The notes beneath the pieces are model-generated. The model was not told the DNA's origin, did not search any database, and was given only the letters and a program-made list of their open reading frames with translations. Positions 49,331-58,998 of a stretch of DNA of 64,000 nt are shown in pieces. Source of the DNA: Candidatus Poribacteria bacterium (GTDB taxonomy: Bacteria; Poribacteria; WGA-4E; PCPOR2b). The stretch lies in assembly GCA_965215015.1 (NCBI GenBank), contig OZ244042.1, positions 4,352,001 to 4,416,000 of the forward strand, given 5' to 3'. Every line of letters starts with the position of its first letter. Position 1 is the stretch's first letter. Position numbers and translations under genes: made by a program.

Positions 49331-51244
49331 ATGCAAAACACGCCTGCCACCTTCCAAAGCGGTCTAACGGTAAAATCCTTTCTACTTGTCCTTGTGCTCA
49401 TCCCCTTCAACATCTGGTGGCTGATCGAGCTTGAAGTGGTTCGCGTTGGCTATCCAACAATCATCCACCCACAGGCGAATGTTATTTTTATTATTTTTTG
49501 GCTACTTTTGATTGGGTATGCCCTTCACAAACTCTCTCCGAAATTGGGTATTTCTCAGCAGGAGTTGTTGACCATCCACTTCATGCTGTGCATTGTCTCC
49601 TGCCTTTGTTCGTGGGATATGTTGCAGATTTTAATGCCAATTATGAGCTATCCGTTTCGATTTGCCACCCCTGAGAACGACTGGCGCAACCTATTTTGGA
49701 GGAATATCCCGGAGTGGCTTACGGTTTCAGACGAAAAGGCCTTACTTGGTTACTATGAAGGGGATTCAAGCCTATACACCGCCCGTTATCTGGAGGCGTG
49801 GTTCACTCCGATTGTCGCATGGAGTTCGTTCATCTTCGTGTTGATGCTTGTGTTGTTGTGCATTAACACGCTATTGCGGATTCAGTGGACTGAGCATGAG
49901 CGGTTAAGTTATCCCCTCACGCAACTCCCGTTAGAAATGACCCATCCTCGGTTGCGTTTTTTTAGGAATCGACTGATGTGGATTGGCTTCAGTATCGCAG
50001 CACTGATTAGTATCGTTAATCTACTCCATTCAATCTATCCTGTCATTCCGTACATCCCAGTCAAACGACAGGGAATCGGTGGAGGCATCCGGGTCTCTTT
50101 CTACCCGTTTGTTATTGGTATGAGTTTTATGATGCCGCGGGATCTCCTATTCTCATGCTGGGCATTTTTCTGGCTCTACAAGATTGAGTTGATGGTCGGC
50201 GATATGATGGGATGGCAAAACCTGCCGCGTTTCCCTTATGCGGCTGAACAAGGGTTCGGCGTGTATATGGGGTTGTTAGTATTTGCGCTCTGGATCGGTA
50301 GGGCGCATTTCATAGGGTTGGTGCGTCATCTATTTACCTCTTCCAAATCCCGCTTTCAACTGGATGACTCCAGCGAGCCGATGCCGTATCGCTTGGCGGT
50401 GATAGGCATCGTGTTTGGTATGATCTTCTTGACAGTTTTTTCCTACAAAGCAGGTATGTCGTTGTGGGTGATTCCTATTTTTTTCGGGATCTATTTCTTA
50501 TTATCGATTATGATCACCCGGTTACGTGCAGAGTTGGGGTTCATCGTCCACGGACACGGTTATCGGCCGGGCATCGATCCGCACACCATGATTGTTACCG
50601 GATTCGGCACTTGGCAACTCACGACCAACACCCTTACTGTTTTTTCAATGTATATGTTTTTCAATCGGGCCTACTGGGTCAATCCGATGCCGGAGCACCT
50701 GGAAGCGTTCAAGATGTCGGAAAGACGAAATATCAATCTGCGCCATACATCAATAGCTATTCTGCTTGCAACGGCGATCGGAGTGGTTGTGAGTTTCTGG
50801 TTTTTGTTGGACAGTTTCTACCGACATGGTCATGACTCCGCACATTTCCATCCGCATTCGCTATGGTATGGCCGTATGGCATACGGCCAACTTGAAAATT
50901 GGCTGAACTATCCTCGTGAGGCTGATGGACCCGCACTGGCGTTTATGGCAGGTGGATTTGGGTTGACAGCCATGCTGATGTTCTTGCGAACACGCTTTCT
51001 GTGGTGGCCCCTGCACCCTTTGGGCTATGTGACAGCGGATAGTTGGGGGATGTTCAATCTATGGTCCTGTATCTTCGTTGCCTGGGTGATTAAATCAATT
51101 ATATTCCGTTATGGCGGACTTGGATCGTATCGTCGAGCCGTGCCTTTCTTTTTAGGTGTTGCGCTCGGAGACTATATTGTGGGGTTTATCTGGAGCATCT
51201 TGAGTATTCTGACCGATACCCCATTGTATAGTTTTTTTCCCTAA
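49331..51244 (+). CDS. Polytopic membrane protein, OPT-like putative transporter (DUF6785/DUF6784-like)
   Basis: Many TM helices; QW..ERL.YPL..LP, WWPLHPLGY, YGG...YR...PFFLG..LG motifs; start uncertain. Confidence 0.75.
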   Translation: MQNTPATFQSGLTVKSFLLVLVLIPFNIWWLIELEVVRVGYPTIIHPQANVIFIIFWLLLIGYALHKLSPKLGISQQELLTIHFMLCIVSCLCSWDMLQILMPIMSYPFRFATPENDWRNLFWRNIPEWLTVSDEKALLGYYEGDSSLYTARYLEAWFTPIVAWSSFIFVLMLVLLCINTLLRIQWTEHERLSYPLTQLPLEMTHPRLRFFRNRLMWIGFSIAALISIVNLLHSIYPVIPYIPVKRQGIGGGIRVSFYPFVIGMSFMMPRDLLFSCWAFFWLYKIELMVGDMMGWQNLPRFPYAAEQGFGVYMGLLVFALWIGRAHFIGLVRHLFTSSKSRFQLDDSSEPMPYRLAVIGIVFGMIFLTVFSYKAGMSLWVIPIFFGIYFLLSIMITRLRAELGFIVHGHGYRPGIDPHTMIVTGFGTWQLTTNTLTVFSMYMFFNRAYWVNPMPEHLEAFKMSERRNINLRHTSIAILLATAIGVVVSFWFLLDSFYRHGHDSAHFHPHSLWYGRMAYGQLENWLNYPREADGPALAFMAGGFGLTAMLMFLRTRFLWWPLHPLGYVTADSWGMFNLWSCIFVAWVIKSIIFRYGGLGSYRRAVPFFLGVALGDYIVGFIWSILSILTDTPLYSFFP

Positions 51245-51431
51245 TAAACTAACTTTAGAAAAAAATTTAGAGGTTCATATTAAGAAATCGTGCAACAAAA
51301 ACCGTAGGGAACAATTCTCGGTCGTAGACCGGATAACCGTTGTTTCTTACTGCAGGAAAACTCGGTTTCTCTTAGCGTTTGGCACTTTCTTTTAATATAA
51401 GTCATGTTGGAATTACTAAAGGAGGCTCCGT

Positions 51432-52154
51432 ATGGGTAAGCTAGATGATAAAGTTGCCCTCATCACAGGAGGGAATAGAGGGATTGGTAAGGGCATCGCA
51501 CTCGGCTTGGCGGCTGAAGGAGCAGCCCTTGTATTGGCTGCACGGGGTGTTGAAGAATTGAACCAGACCGCTGAGAAATTGAGGGAGGGTGGCACGCCTG
51601 TGCTCACTGTACCAACTGATGTCACCGATGAGGCACAAATTGAAGCATTGTTCGAGCGCACGATGGAAAAATTCAACCGCTTGGATATTCTGGTCAATAA
51701 TTCAGGAGCGTTCGATGGAGGGGCACTTGACGAACTTTCGACAGAAGCGTTGGATAATGTGCTCTCTGTCAACCTCCGTGCGCCTTTCCTGTGTACGCGT
51801 GCAGCGATGCGGATTATGAAGGAGCAGGGCGGTGGACGCATCATCAACATCGGGAGTATATCTGCACAGCGGGTTCGACCGCAGGCAGGACCTTACTGTG
51901 CATCCAAATTTGGTATTTGGGGATTGACTCAGGTGACAGCGTTGGAGGGACGGCCGCACGGAATTGTCGCGAGTTGTCTGCACCCGGGTGCTACGCAAGT
52001 CAGGGAGGTGCCAGATGGCAATGAACAAGCGGACAGAATGCAGGTAGATGAGCTGGCGCAGGCTGCGGTGCTCATGGCAACATTACCGCCGCATGTGAAT
52101 ATGCTTGAAGCAATCGTTCTGCCTGTGCAGCAACCCTATCTCGGTCGGGGGTAA
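51432..52154 (+). CDS. Short-chain dehydrogenase/reductase
   Basis: TGGNRGIG, LVNNSG, S, YCASK. Confidence 0.93.
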   Translation: MGKLDDKVALITGGNRGIGKGIALGLAAEGAALVLAARGVEELNQTAEKLREGGTPVLTVPTDVTDEAQIEALFERTMEKFNRLDILVNNSGAFDGGALDELSTEALDNVLSVNLRAPFLCTRAAMRIMKEQGGGRIINIGSISAQRVRPQAGPYCASKFGIWGLTQVTALEGRPHGIVASCLHPGATQVREVPDGNEQADRMQVDELAQAAVLMATLPPHVNMLEAIVLPVQQPYLGRG

Positions 52155-52322
52155 TGACCTTAGTTGCTATATTCTGTTGACATTTGGCAAATTGAACCCA
52201 TTTCTGTTCCGAGAGTCTGCTGTCTGACGGGTACCTGATAAGGTCGGGATTCAAAACAGCTAGGGCTATGTGCCGGGCAAGATACCCGACCTACTTTGGC
52301 ATACAATGATGGCAATGTACTG

Positions 52323-52347
52323 GTAGCCACAGGTTTCCTAACCCGTG
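52323..52347. repeat. GTAG-type REP (GTAGCCACAGGTTTCCTAACCyGTG)
   Basis: Near-identical copy at 18-42. Confidence 0.7.
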
Positions 52348-52432
52348 ATCACCGATGCGTAATTTCTATAACAGATGCAATTCCCCTAACGGTATACGAA
52401 GTATGCCCACTACTTTGTGGCAACTTGGGTTA

Positions 52433-53737
52433 TTATAAATCTTTAGCCACCGCTGCAACGGCTGCTATGGTTTTATCAATCACCGCATCGTCGTGGGCGG
52501 TGGAGAGAAACCAAGCCCCGCGTTCGAGTGCCCGGACGCCGTGAGAGAGTAAAGCCGTCGTAAAATTAACATAACGTGCCTTGTCTGCCCCTAAGGAATC
52601 ACGGTAGTTAGAAAATGGTAAATTGGTGCCCAAAGCGACGTGGAAGATTTGCGGGAAACCTTGTACCTGTGCCTCGACATTGGCATCGGCTAGGGCACCC
52701 TTGATGCCGGTCATCAGTTTCTTGCCCTGTTCTTCTAAGAGGTTGAAGGTTTCGGGTTTATTCAGTTCGTTCAGTGTTGCAACAACAGCTGCCATCGCTG
52801 CCGGTAACGCGTTGTAGCTGCCACCGTGCAAGACCCCACCGGTTGCCATTTGTCCCATTAGATCTCCCCGGCCTGCCAACGCTGAGACTGGAAAGCCGTT
52901 GGCGATAGCTTTGCCAAACGTCGCGAGGTCGGGGATAACACCTAAACGCTGCTGTGCTCCACCGGGAGCCAGCCGGAATCCGGTGATGATTTCATCGAAG
53001 ATGAGGAGGGTTCCTGTTTCACTGCAAACATCGCGCACCCCTTCCAGATAACCTTGCGTCGGGGCGATTGCGCTGGTGTTGCACATCGCCGGTTCCATAA
53101 TCACTGCTGCCACATCGCCACGCCTCAAACGCGCCTCTAGTAAAGCCAGATTATTCCAAGGAAGCACTTCAGTGTGTTGACCGGCGGGTAAGTCCTGTCC
53201 GGCACTCGCAGGAATAGGGGTCGGTGAGGTCTCGGGACCGAACTGATCCGGTGTGGGGGCGATGCTCCAGAGTACATTGTCGAGCCAGCCGTGGTAGTGC
53301 CCCTCGAACTTGACGATGATGGAACGTCCCGTGGCAGCACGAGCCACCCGTAGGGCTGCCTGAACCACTTCGCTTCCCGCACAGTTGAACCGCACCATCT
53401 CCGCACACGGCACAATTTCACAGAACAGCTGCGCCGCTTCAAACTCGATTTCGCTCTGACCGGCATACAGAATCCCGTATTTGAGCTGCTCCGCCACCGC
53501 TTTGAGCACCGGTTCAGGATTATGGCCCAGAATCATGGGGCCCATCCCCAGATAGTAATCGATCAGCTGATTGTCATCGATATCGTAGAGGTAAGGTCCC
53601 TCTGCCCGTTCAAAGATAAGCGGTGTCGGGGAAATTCCCATCCGAAAGTTGCTGTTGACCCCGCCGGGTAGATATGCCGTAAAGTTAGCAAGACGCTTCT
53701 TAGATTGATTAAATTTTTTCATGCTTGAATTCTTCAA
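52433..53737 (-). CDS. Class-III PLP aminotransferase, glutamate-1-semialdehyde aminomutase-like
   Basis: PGGVNS, IDY..G.GP.ILGH, KFEGHYHG, LIFDEIITGFR, TFGKAIANGFP; may be a HemL paralogue rather than true HemL. Confidence 0.88.
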   Translation of the reverse strand: MKNSSMKKFNQSKKRLANFTAYLPGGVNSNFRMGISPTPLIFERAEGPYLYDIDDNQLIDYYLGMGPMILGHNPEPVLKAVAEQLKYGILYAGQSEIEFEAAQLFCEIVPCAEMVRFNCAGSEVVQAALRVARAATGRSIIVKFEGHYHGWLDNVLWSIAPTPDQFGPETSPTPIPASAGQDLPAGQHTEVLPWNNLALLEARLRRGDVAAVIMEPAMCNTSAIAPTQGYLEGVRDVCSETGTLLIFDEIITGFRLAPGGAQQRLGVIPDLATFGKAIANGFPVSALAGRGDLMGQMATGGVLHGGSYNALPAAMAAVVATLNELNKPETFNLLEEQGKKLMTGIKGALADANVEAQVQGFPQIFHVALGTNLPFSNYRDSLGADKARYVNFTTALLSHGVRALERGAWFLSTAHDDAVIDKTIAAVAAVAKDL

Positions 53738-54642
53738 CGGGTGAGGGCGTATGTCACAACGTTCATCCCCTGCTCAAATGCCCATCGCCGCTGTTCCTCG
53801 CCGCCCGGCTCGCACACCCTTCCCTCCCACGCGCAGTTGAGATCGCTTGGACAGAAGTAAACAATGACTCGGTCATCAATCATGATTGCTTCGTCGAAAT
53901 CCCCATAGGGGGTGACCAGCTTGTCACCCCCGAGATATTCATTGTGATCGTAGAGGGTGTGATAGATTGGGTGGGTTATATCAAGCCGTTCAAATTTTTT
54001 GTCTGGAAAAACCTGTTGCATCAGATGATACACCGCAGGGCGCATCCGGTTGATACGGATATCACAATCTTCAACATGAAGGAAACCGCCACGCTCCAGA
54101 TATTCGCGTAATTTTCGGATATTACCCTCGGAAAAACGGACGCCCAAGTGCCCCGTCATAAAAATAAAAGGATAGCTGCAGATGTGATTGATGTCATCCT
54201 CTTCGATTGAAACGTATTGTGGATTCTCGTGGAGCTCAACGTCAATTGAGGTATATTTCGCTAGCACCTCTGTAAACTTTGTATCCGAGGGCCAACGGTA
54301 GTAGTTCACTGCGTTTGTGAACCAATCTCCACCCGGATATTTGAGTCGGACAAAGACAAATTTTTCACTGATTGAACCCGGCGATGGGTGGTGATGCTCG
54401 ATCCAGCCAAAGTGATGTCCATAGTGTGCGTCTCGTGAGGCATCGTATGGAATGTATTCTCTAAAAGGAGCGGCTTGACACCAACCGGCAAATTGATCCA
54501 CGGTGAGGACTGACGCTGCAATTCCGGCCGTCCCCTTGAGGAACGCTCGGCGTGACAAATGTGGACTGACTGCCCCGTTCTCCCAAAGATGGATTGGCTT
54601 GCCTTTAAATATAGTTCTTTTCTCCTTTTTTCTAGCTTCCAT
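53734..54642 (-). CDS. DUF4159-domain protein with Tat-like signal
   Basis: SRRAFLK twin-arginine motif; F.FVRLKY, YPFIFMTGH, LREYL.RGGFL, HPIYH, G.N.V.YALT. Confidence 0.85.
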   Translation of the reverse strand: MEARKKEKRTIFKGKPIHLWENGAVSPHLSRRAFLKGTAGIAASVLTVDQFAGWCQAAPFREYIPYDASRDAHYGHHFGWIEHHHPSPGSISEKFVFVRLKYPGGDWFTNAVNYYRWPSDTKFTEVLAKYTSIDVELHENPQYVSIEEDDINHICSYPFIFMTGHLGVRFSEGNIRKLREYLERGGFLHVEDCDIRINRMRPAVYHLMQQVFPDKKFERLDITHPIYHTLYDHNEYLGGDKLVTPYGDFDEAIMIDDRVIVYFCPSDLNCAWEGRVCEPGGEEQRRWAFEQGMNVVTYALTR

Positions 54643-54676
54643 AGATATATCCTTCCAAATTGAGGGTGATTATACC

Positions 54677-55618
54677 TCAACACCAGCGATTTTTATCTAC
54701 TACATTCCGCAGTGGTTTGCCGGCGACAAATCGTCGAAGATTTGCCGTTACGACTTCGATACGTCGTTCTGCCGTATAAGGTCCCGATCCCGCAGTATGC
54801 GGCGTGATGATGACATTCTCCATGCCCCAGAGCGGATGGTCGGTGGGGAGTGGCTCCGTTTCAAACACATCGAGCCCAGCACCGGCGATTTCACCCGCCT
54901 GGAGTGCATCTGTCAAAGCCGCAAGGTCCACGACAACGCCCCGCGATATATTGATGAGATACCCTGTTTTTTTCATCCGTTTGAACTGATCGGTGTTGAT
55001 TAGCTTAAAGGTTTCAGGAGTATGGGGTACACAACTGACGACGAAATCGGATTCGGCTAAGAGGTCGTCCAACCGATCTATTCCCCATAACGTATCCACG
55101 AAATCAGGTTTTTCGATCTCCACTGCGTTGCTTGTGATGACACGCATCTCTGCTGCTGCGCCACGCTTTGCTACTGCTGTCCCAATACCACCGAGCCCAA
55201 TGACCCCAAGCGTTTGATCTGCGAGATGGAGGACGGGAACTTCCTTTGCCCAATTTCGCTCAAGTTGCCGACGCAGAAAGATATGAAAGCCGCGGGCAAA
55301 CATCAGGATATATCCCATCACATGGTCTGCGATGTTGTCACTGTAGATGCCTTGCATGTTGGACAATGTCAGGTCACTCTCTGCCAGCGCGGGAAACATA
55401 TAGTGTTCGAGGCCCGCCATCGGGGTCTGGATCCAACGCAGTTTTTTCGCCCGCGCTAACAGCTCCGGGGTGATTCGACCATACATGGCGTCGACTTCGC
55501 CAATGATTTCAAGGGCTTGTGCTTCGTTTTCAACATTCTGCACTTCAACTTCGCTTGAAACGGATTGAATCACTCGTAGTTCGTCTTCACCAATCGCAGG
55601 ATAAATTAGGAATTTCAT
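54677..55618 (-). CDS. D-2-hydroxyacid dehydrogenase
   Basis: GLGGIG, INISRG.VVD, AGLDVFE.EPL, ITPH. Confidence 0.93.
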   Translation of the reverse strand: MKFLIYPAIGEDELRVIQSVSSEVEVQNVENEAQALEIIGEVDAMYGRITPELLARAKKLRWIQTPMAGLEHYMFPALAESDLTLSNMQGIYSDNIADHVMGYILMFARGFHIFLRRQLERNWAKEVPVLHLADQTLGVIGLGGIGTAVAKRGAAAEMRVITSNAVEIEKPDFVDTLWGIDRLDDLLAESDFVVSCVPHTPETFKLINTDQFKRMKKTGYLINISRGVVVDLAALTDALQAGEIAGAGLDVFETEPLPTDHPLWGMENVIITPHTAGSGPYTAERRIEVVTANLRRFVAGKPLRNVVDKNRWC

Positions 55619-55894
55619 CGAATACCACCGTATTGTGTTTGCTTAAATTATGGAAGAATTTATATTGATAGTACCCTAATAATAGTATAGCATTTCACCA
55701 CTACTCTGTAAAGGGAAAGGGAGAATTTTCTCATTGCTACTGCTTGATCCATGCTTTGATTTTTTGCTTGATCTTCGTTTTTCTATCACTTATAATCTTC
55801 TTATGGTTGTAGGATATGGGAACACTTTCAGCGAAAACCTGCATCAGGGGTTGACTCCATTGGATTAAACCACAAAACATACAGGGATAGAAGT

Positions 55895-56713
55895 TTGATG
55901 AAACGTTCCACCCATTTTGTCTCTATAAATGCTCTAGCGCGCAAAATTTTGAAGTTTCAGTTATGGGTTTATGCAATTTTGTTGATTGGTAGCTTGTTTG
56001 GCTGTGCAAAGCCTCCTATACACCTTACCCCTGTCCTTAATCGACCGAATATGGATAGGATCTATTTTGAAGGGAGGAAACTTGCTCTCTCTTTTGGCGA
56101 AAAAAGTTCGGTAGCCGTTTCGGGAACCATTGATGGGGATGAATTGCTATTATTGATACTATGTAAAAGTTTCACAGAAAGAATTGATGTAATTCCAGAA
56201 GACATTAGTGTTTTGGGTTATTATAAAAATACCGGCCCGCAGGATCTGAGTAGTCTGTCAAAGTTTCTAGATTATAACGGGACCAACACTGTGTACTTAA
56301 AAGTTTATCCACCTGGTCAGTATATGGCGGAAAGGCGCAATGCCCAGAAATGGAGCTTGGCGTTGCAAGCACTTTCAGGGGCATTAGACGCTCAACGTGC
56401 AGGCAAATCGACTTCAACGACTTATGGAAGTTATGACGGGAAGTCTTTTTATGAAAAAACCGCAACCGAAGATCGGGAGGCGGTTGATAGGGCACTAGCA
56501 AAGCATAAAGAAAAATTGCGGCAGACTGCCGAAAGCTATGCTCGAAGCAACGCTGCAACAGAGTCAGGATTGCTTCGAGCGAATACAATATTCCGCAACC
56601 AAGCCGTGGGCGGAATAGTAGTTGTTAAACTGTATAGTCGGATTTACCACAAGATCGTGGTCACAGTGCCTTGGGTGAGGAAAGAACCCCATCAGATAAC
56701 CTTAACTCGATGA
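55895..56713 (+). CDS. Hypothetical lipoprotein
   Basis: Hydrophobic stretch ending SLFG-C; AT-rich; start uncertain. Confidence 0.6.
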   Translation: MMKRSTHFVSINALARKILKFQLWVYAILLIGSLFGCAKPPIHLTPVLNRPNMDRIYFEGRKLALSFGEKSSVAVSGTIDGDELLLLILCKSFTERIDVIPEDISVLGYYKNTGPQDLSSLSKFLDYNGTNTVYLKVYPPGQYMAERRNAQKWSLALQALSGALDAQRAGKSTSTTYGSYDGKSFYEKTATEDREAVDRALAKHKEKLRQTAESYARSNAATESGLLRANTIFRNQAVGGIVVVKLYSRIYHKIVVTVPWVRKEPHQITLTR

Positions 56714-56806
56714 GTTGTTCTGTCCCAGGCTAGACCTCAAAAGGTTTCGTCATTCCAGAATAAAGAGAGCTAATACCAAAATCTGTAATTCTCGACACAC
56801 ACGGAG

Positions 56807-57808
56807 GTGGCTATGCCAGCAAATCTCCCTCCCGAATACTACAAACTAAAGCACGAACTCGAAGCGGCAAGGACTGATGAGGAGCAACTCCAACTGTTAG
56901 AGGAGATGACGCGAATCACGCCGAAGCATAAGGGGACCGAAAAAGTTCGCGCAGATCTCCGGTCTCGGATTTCAAAGTTGAGGAAATCCGCTGGGAAGAA
57001 ACAGTCGAAGAAAGGACACAGTTATCATGTTCCCAAACAGGGAGCGGGTCAACTTGTGCTAATTGGAACTCCTAACGTCGGCAAGTCGCAGATTATTGCT
57101 AGCTTTACGAAAGCAAAGCCAGTTGTCTCTCCAACGCCATATACGACCCAAGAGCCTAGCGTCGGGATGTTGGCTTATGAAAATATTCAATTCCAATTGG
57201 TTGACACACCGCCAATCACTCAGGATTTTGTGCATCCGTGGGTATTTGACCTTGTAAGAAATGCTGATCTCGTTCTACTTGTCGTCAGTCTTGCCAGCGA
57301 TGAAATTCTGGATCAGGTTGAAATCGTTCAATCAAAATTGACTGAGGCAAAAATTCAGATTGCGGGAATCGAGGAGCTGCCGGACGAAGCGGAGGAAGAG
57401 TTCAGCGCGAATTTCACGAAAACGACCCTACTCATTGCCAACCAAGTGGATGAAGGTGGTGCCGCGGATCGGTTAGAGATATTGCAGGAATTTTACGCTG
57501 AACATTTCCAAATTTATCCGCTTTCTGCCATTACCGGCGAAGGGCTTGATCAGTTGCAAGAAGTGGCCTATAAACAGCTCGGTATCTCCCGCGTTTACAC
57601 GAAATCTCCAGCCAAGCCTGTTGATTACGACGATCCAATCGTACTTCCGAACGGTAGCAAGGTGATCGAAGCAGCGATGGCATTGCATAAAGAGTTCGCT
57701 CAAGATTTCAAGTCCGCACGGATTTGGGGGGCTAACTGGTATGACGGGCAGACCGTCAGTCGTGATGATGTGGTTCACGATGGGGATGTACTGGAGTTTC
57801 ATGTGTGA
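56807..57808 (+). CDS. DRG/Obg-family GTPase with C-terminal TGS domain
   Basis: PKHKGTEK, GTPNVGKS (G1), YTT (G2), DTPP (G3), NQVD (atypical G4), LSA (G5), RVYTK..ARIWG..GQ.V..D.....GDV TGS. Confidence 0.9.
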   Translation: MAMPANLPPEYYKLKHELEAARTDEEQLQLLEEMTRITPKHKGTEKVRADLRSRISKLRKSAGKKQSKKGHSYHVPKQGAGQLVLIGTPNVGKSQIIASFTKAKPVVSPTPYTTQEPSVGMLAYENIQFQLVDTPPITQDFVHPWVFDLVRNADLVLLVVSLASDEILDQVEIVQSKLTEAKIQIAGIEELPDEAEEEFSANFTKTTLLIANQVDEGGAADRLEILQEFYAEHFQIYPLSAITGEGLDQLQEVAYKQLGISRVYTKSPAKPVDYDDPIVLPNGSKVIEAAMALHKEFAQDFKSARIWGANWYDGQTVSRDDVVHDGDVLEFHV

Positions 57809-57855
57809 TTGAGTCGCCTTAAAAACTTACTTGCTTTACGAGTATGAATAATTAC

Positions 57856-57885
57856 TTAACATATGATGGGCAATTATGATATAAT
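57856..57885 (+). promoter_or_regulatory. Putative sigma70 promoter of the two-gene cassette
   Basis: TTAACA-N18-TATAAT with TGn extension. Confidence 0.55.
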
Positions 57886-57918
57886 ATTTAGGCTACTAAC
57901 CTAGTAGGAGGAAACTTT

Positions 57919-58302
57919 GTGCAGTGGTCTGATTACTTTCCAGCTGACTGTCCGCCTCAAGACGCGCAGCCAGCAACAGGTGAAGTTTATCGTTTAGTCA
58001 AGAAGAATCCACCAGAATCAGGGGATTTTATACCCTTCCGCGAAAAGGACCCTACTGCCAATGTTCGTGACGAATGTCAAGCTTGTGGTCTTTCAGTTGT
58101 TAGAGATGCTGAAGATACTCTACGGATAAAGAGAAGAGCTCGTGGAATGAAAAAACGGCTCGTAGCAAAAGGAACGCTGAGCCCTTGTTTTGGTAGAATC
58201 AAACATACACCTAGTAGCGTTTCTGGAAGATCACATCATACGTGGTGGGTTCCGACTGAAGTGCAGCCTTGGCGTGTTTTCCGTGTTGTTCAAATTCCAT
58301 AG
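57919..58302 (+). CDS. Hypothetical protein (FP..CPP / YR / CGLSV / HHTWW pattern), possible ADP-ribosyltransferase-like fold
   Basis: Strong SD AGGAGG before GTG; 127 aa; the fold suggestion is inference from motif spacing. Confidence 0.7.
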   Translation: MQWSDYFPADCPPQDAQPATGEVYRLVKKNPPESGDFIPFREKDPTANVRDECQACGLSVVRDAEDTLRIKRRARGMKKRLVAKGTLSPCFGRIKHTPSSVSGRSHHTWWVPTEVQPWRVFRVVQIP

Positions 58303-58310
58303 GAGGGTTG

Positions 58311-58946
58311 ATGATGGGCTATCTTCCACAATTAACACACTTAGGTAGGCTTGAGTTAATCGAGGTATATGAGTTTTATGATCAACCAATTCTTTTCTCT
58401 TGTAGAAATGCTTCGGATGCTATATTTATGGGGGTTTTTGCAGATGAAGATGATAATTGTGAGACCTGGCTTTATATTGGGATATCCCCCCGTCGTTTTA
58501 AGCGAATTCGTTCTGGCGCGATTGACCTGCACGATGCTTTTTCTGAAGTTGAAGATGGCATAATTTTTCAGATTAAAGTGTCTCATGATGAACAGGGGCC
58601 AGTATCAATGCCTATCCCTGCAACCCAAATCCCGGACGATATGTTGCCCTTACCCGGTGAATTCATAAATCTTGACACACCGACTTTACCTGAATTGGAT
58701 GAAGATTTAAAACGGAATGTTGAGGGAACATTAATAGGTGTATTTACCGATACTAAGGCATTTGGAATTCAAGCCCAAGACGGGACTATATATAAGGGCA
58801 AGATATTGGAGGAGGCATTTAATATCGCGAGTAACGCTACTATTGGTGAAAGATACATTGCTACTATCCGAGAGGCTACTTCTATTCAACAGGTAACAGA
58901 TGAAATGAAAACAGATTATTATTTAGTAAAATTAGAGCCAGTCTGA
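58311..58946 (+). CDS. DUF6575-like protein
   Basis: EVYEFYDQPILFSC.N..WLYI.IS..R...IRSG.IDL..AF; SD AGGAGG; 8 bp after the upstream gene; acidic. Confidence 0.7.
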   Translation: MMGYLPQLTHLGRLELIEVYEFYDQPILFSCRNASDAIFMGVFADEDDNCETWLYIGISPRRFKRIRSGAIDLHDAFSEVEDGIIFQIKVSHDEQGPVSMPIPATQIPDDMLPLPGEFINLDTPTLPELDEDLKRNVEGTLIGVFTDTKAFGIQAQDGTIYKGKILEEAFNIASNATIGERYIATIREATSIQQVTDEMKTDYYLVKLEPV

Positions 58947-58998
58947 TAAATACATCTTTCTTAAAATTCTGTTTTGACATCCAAACCTATAGCACACC

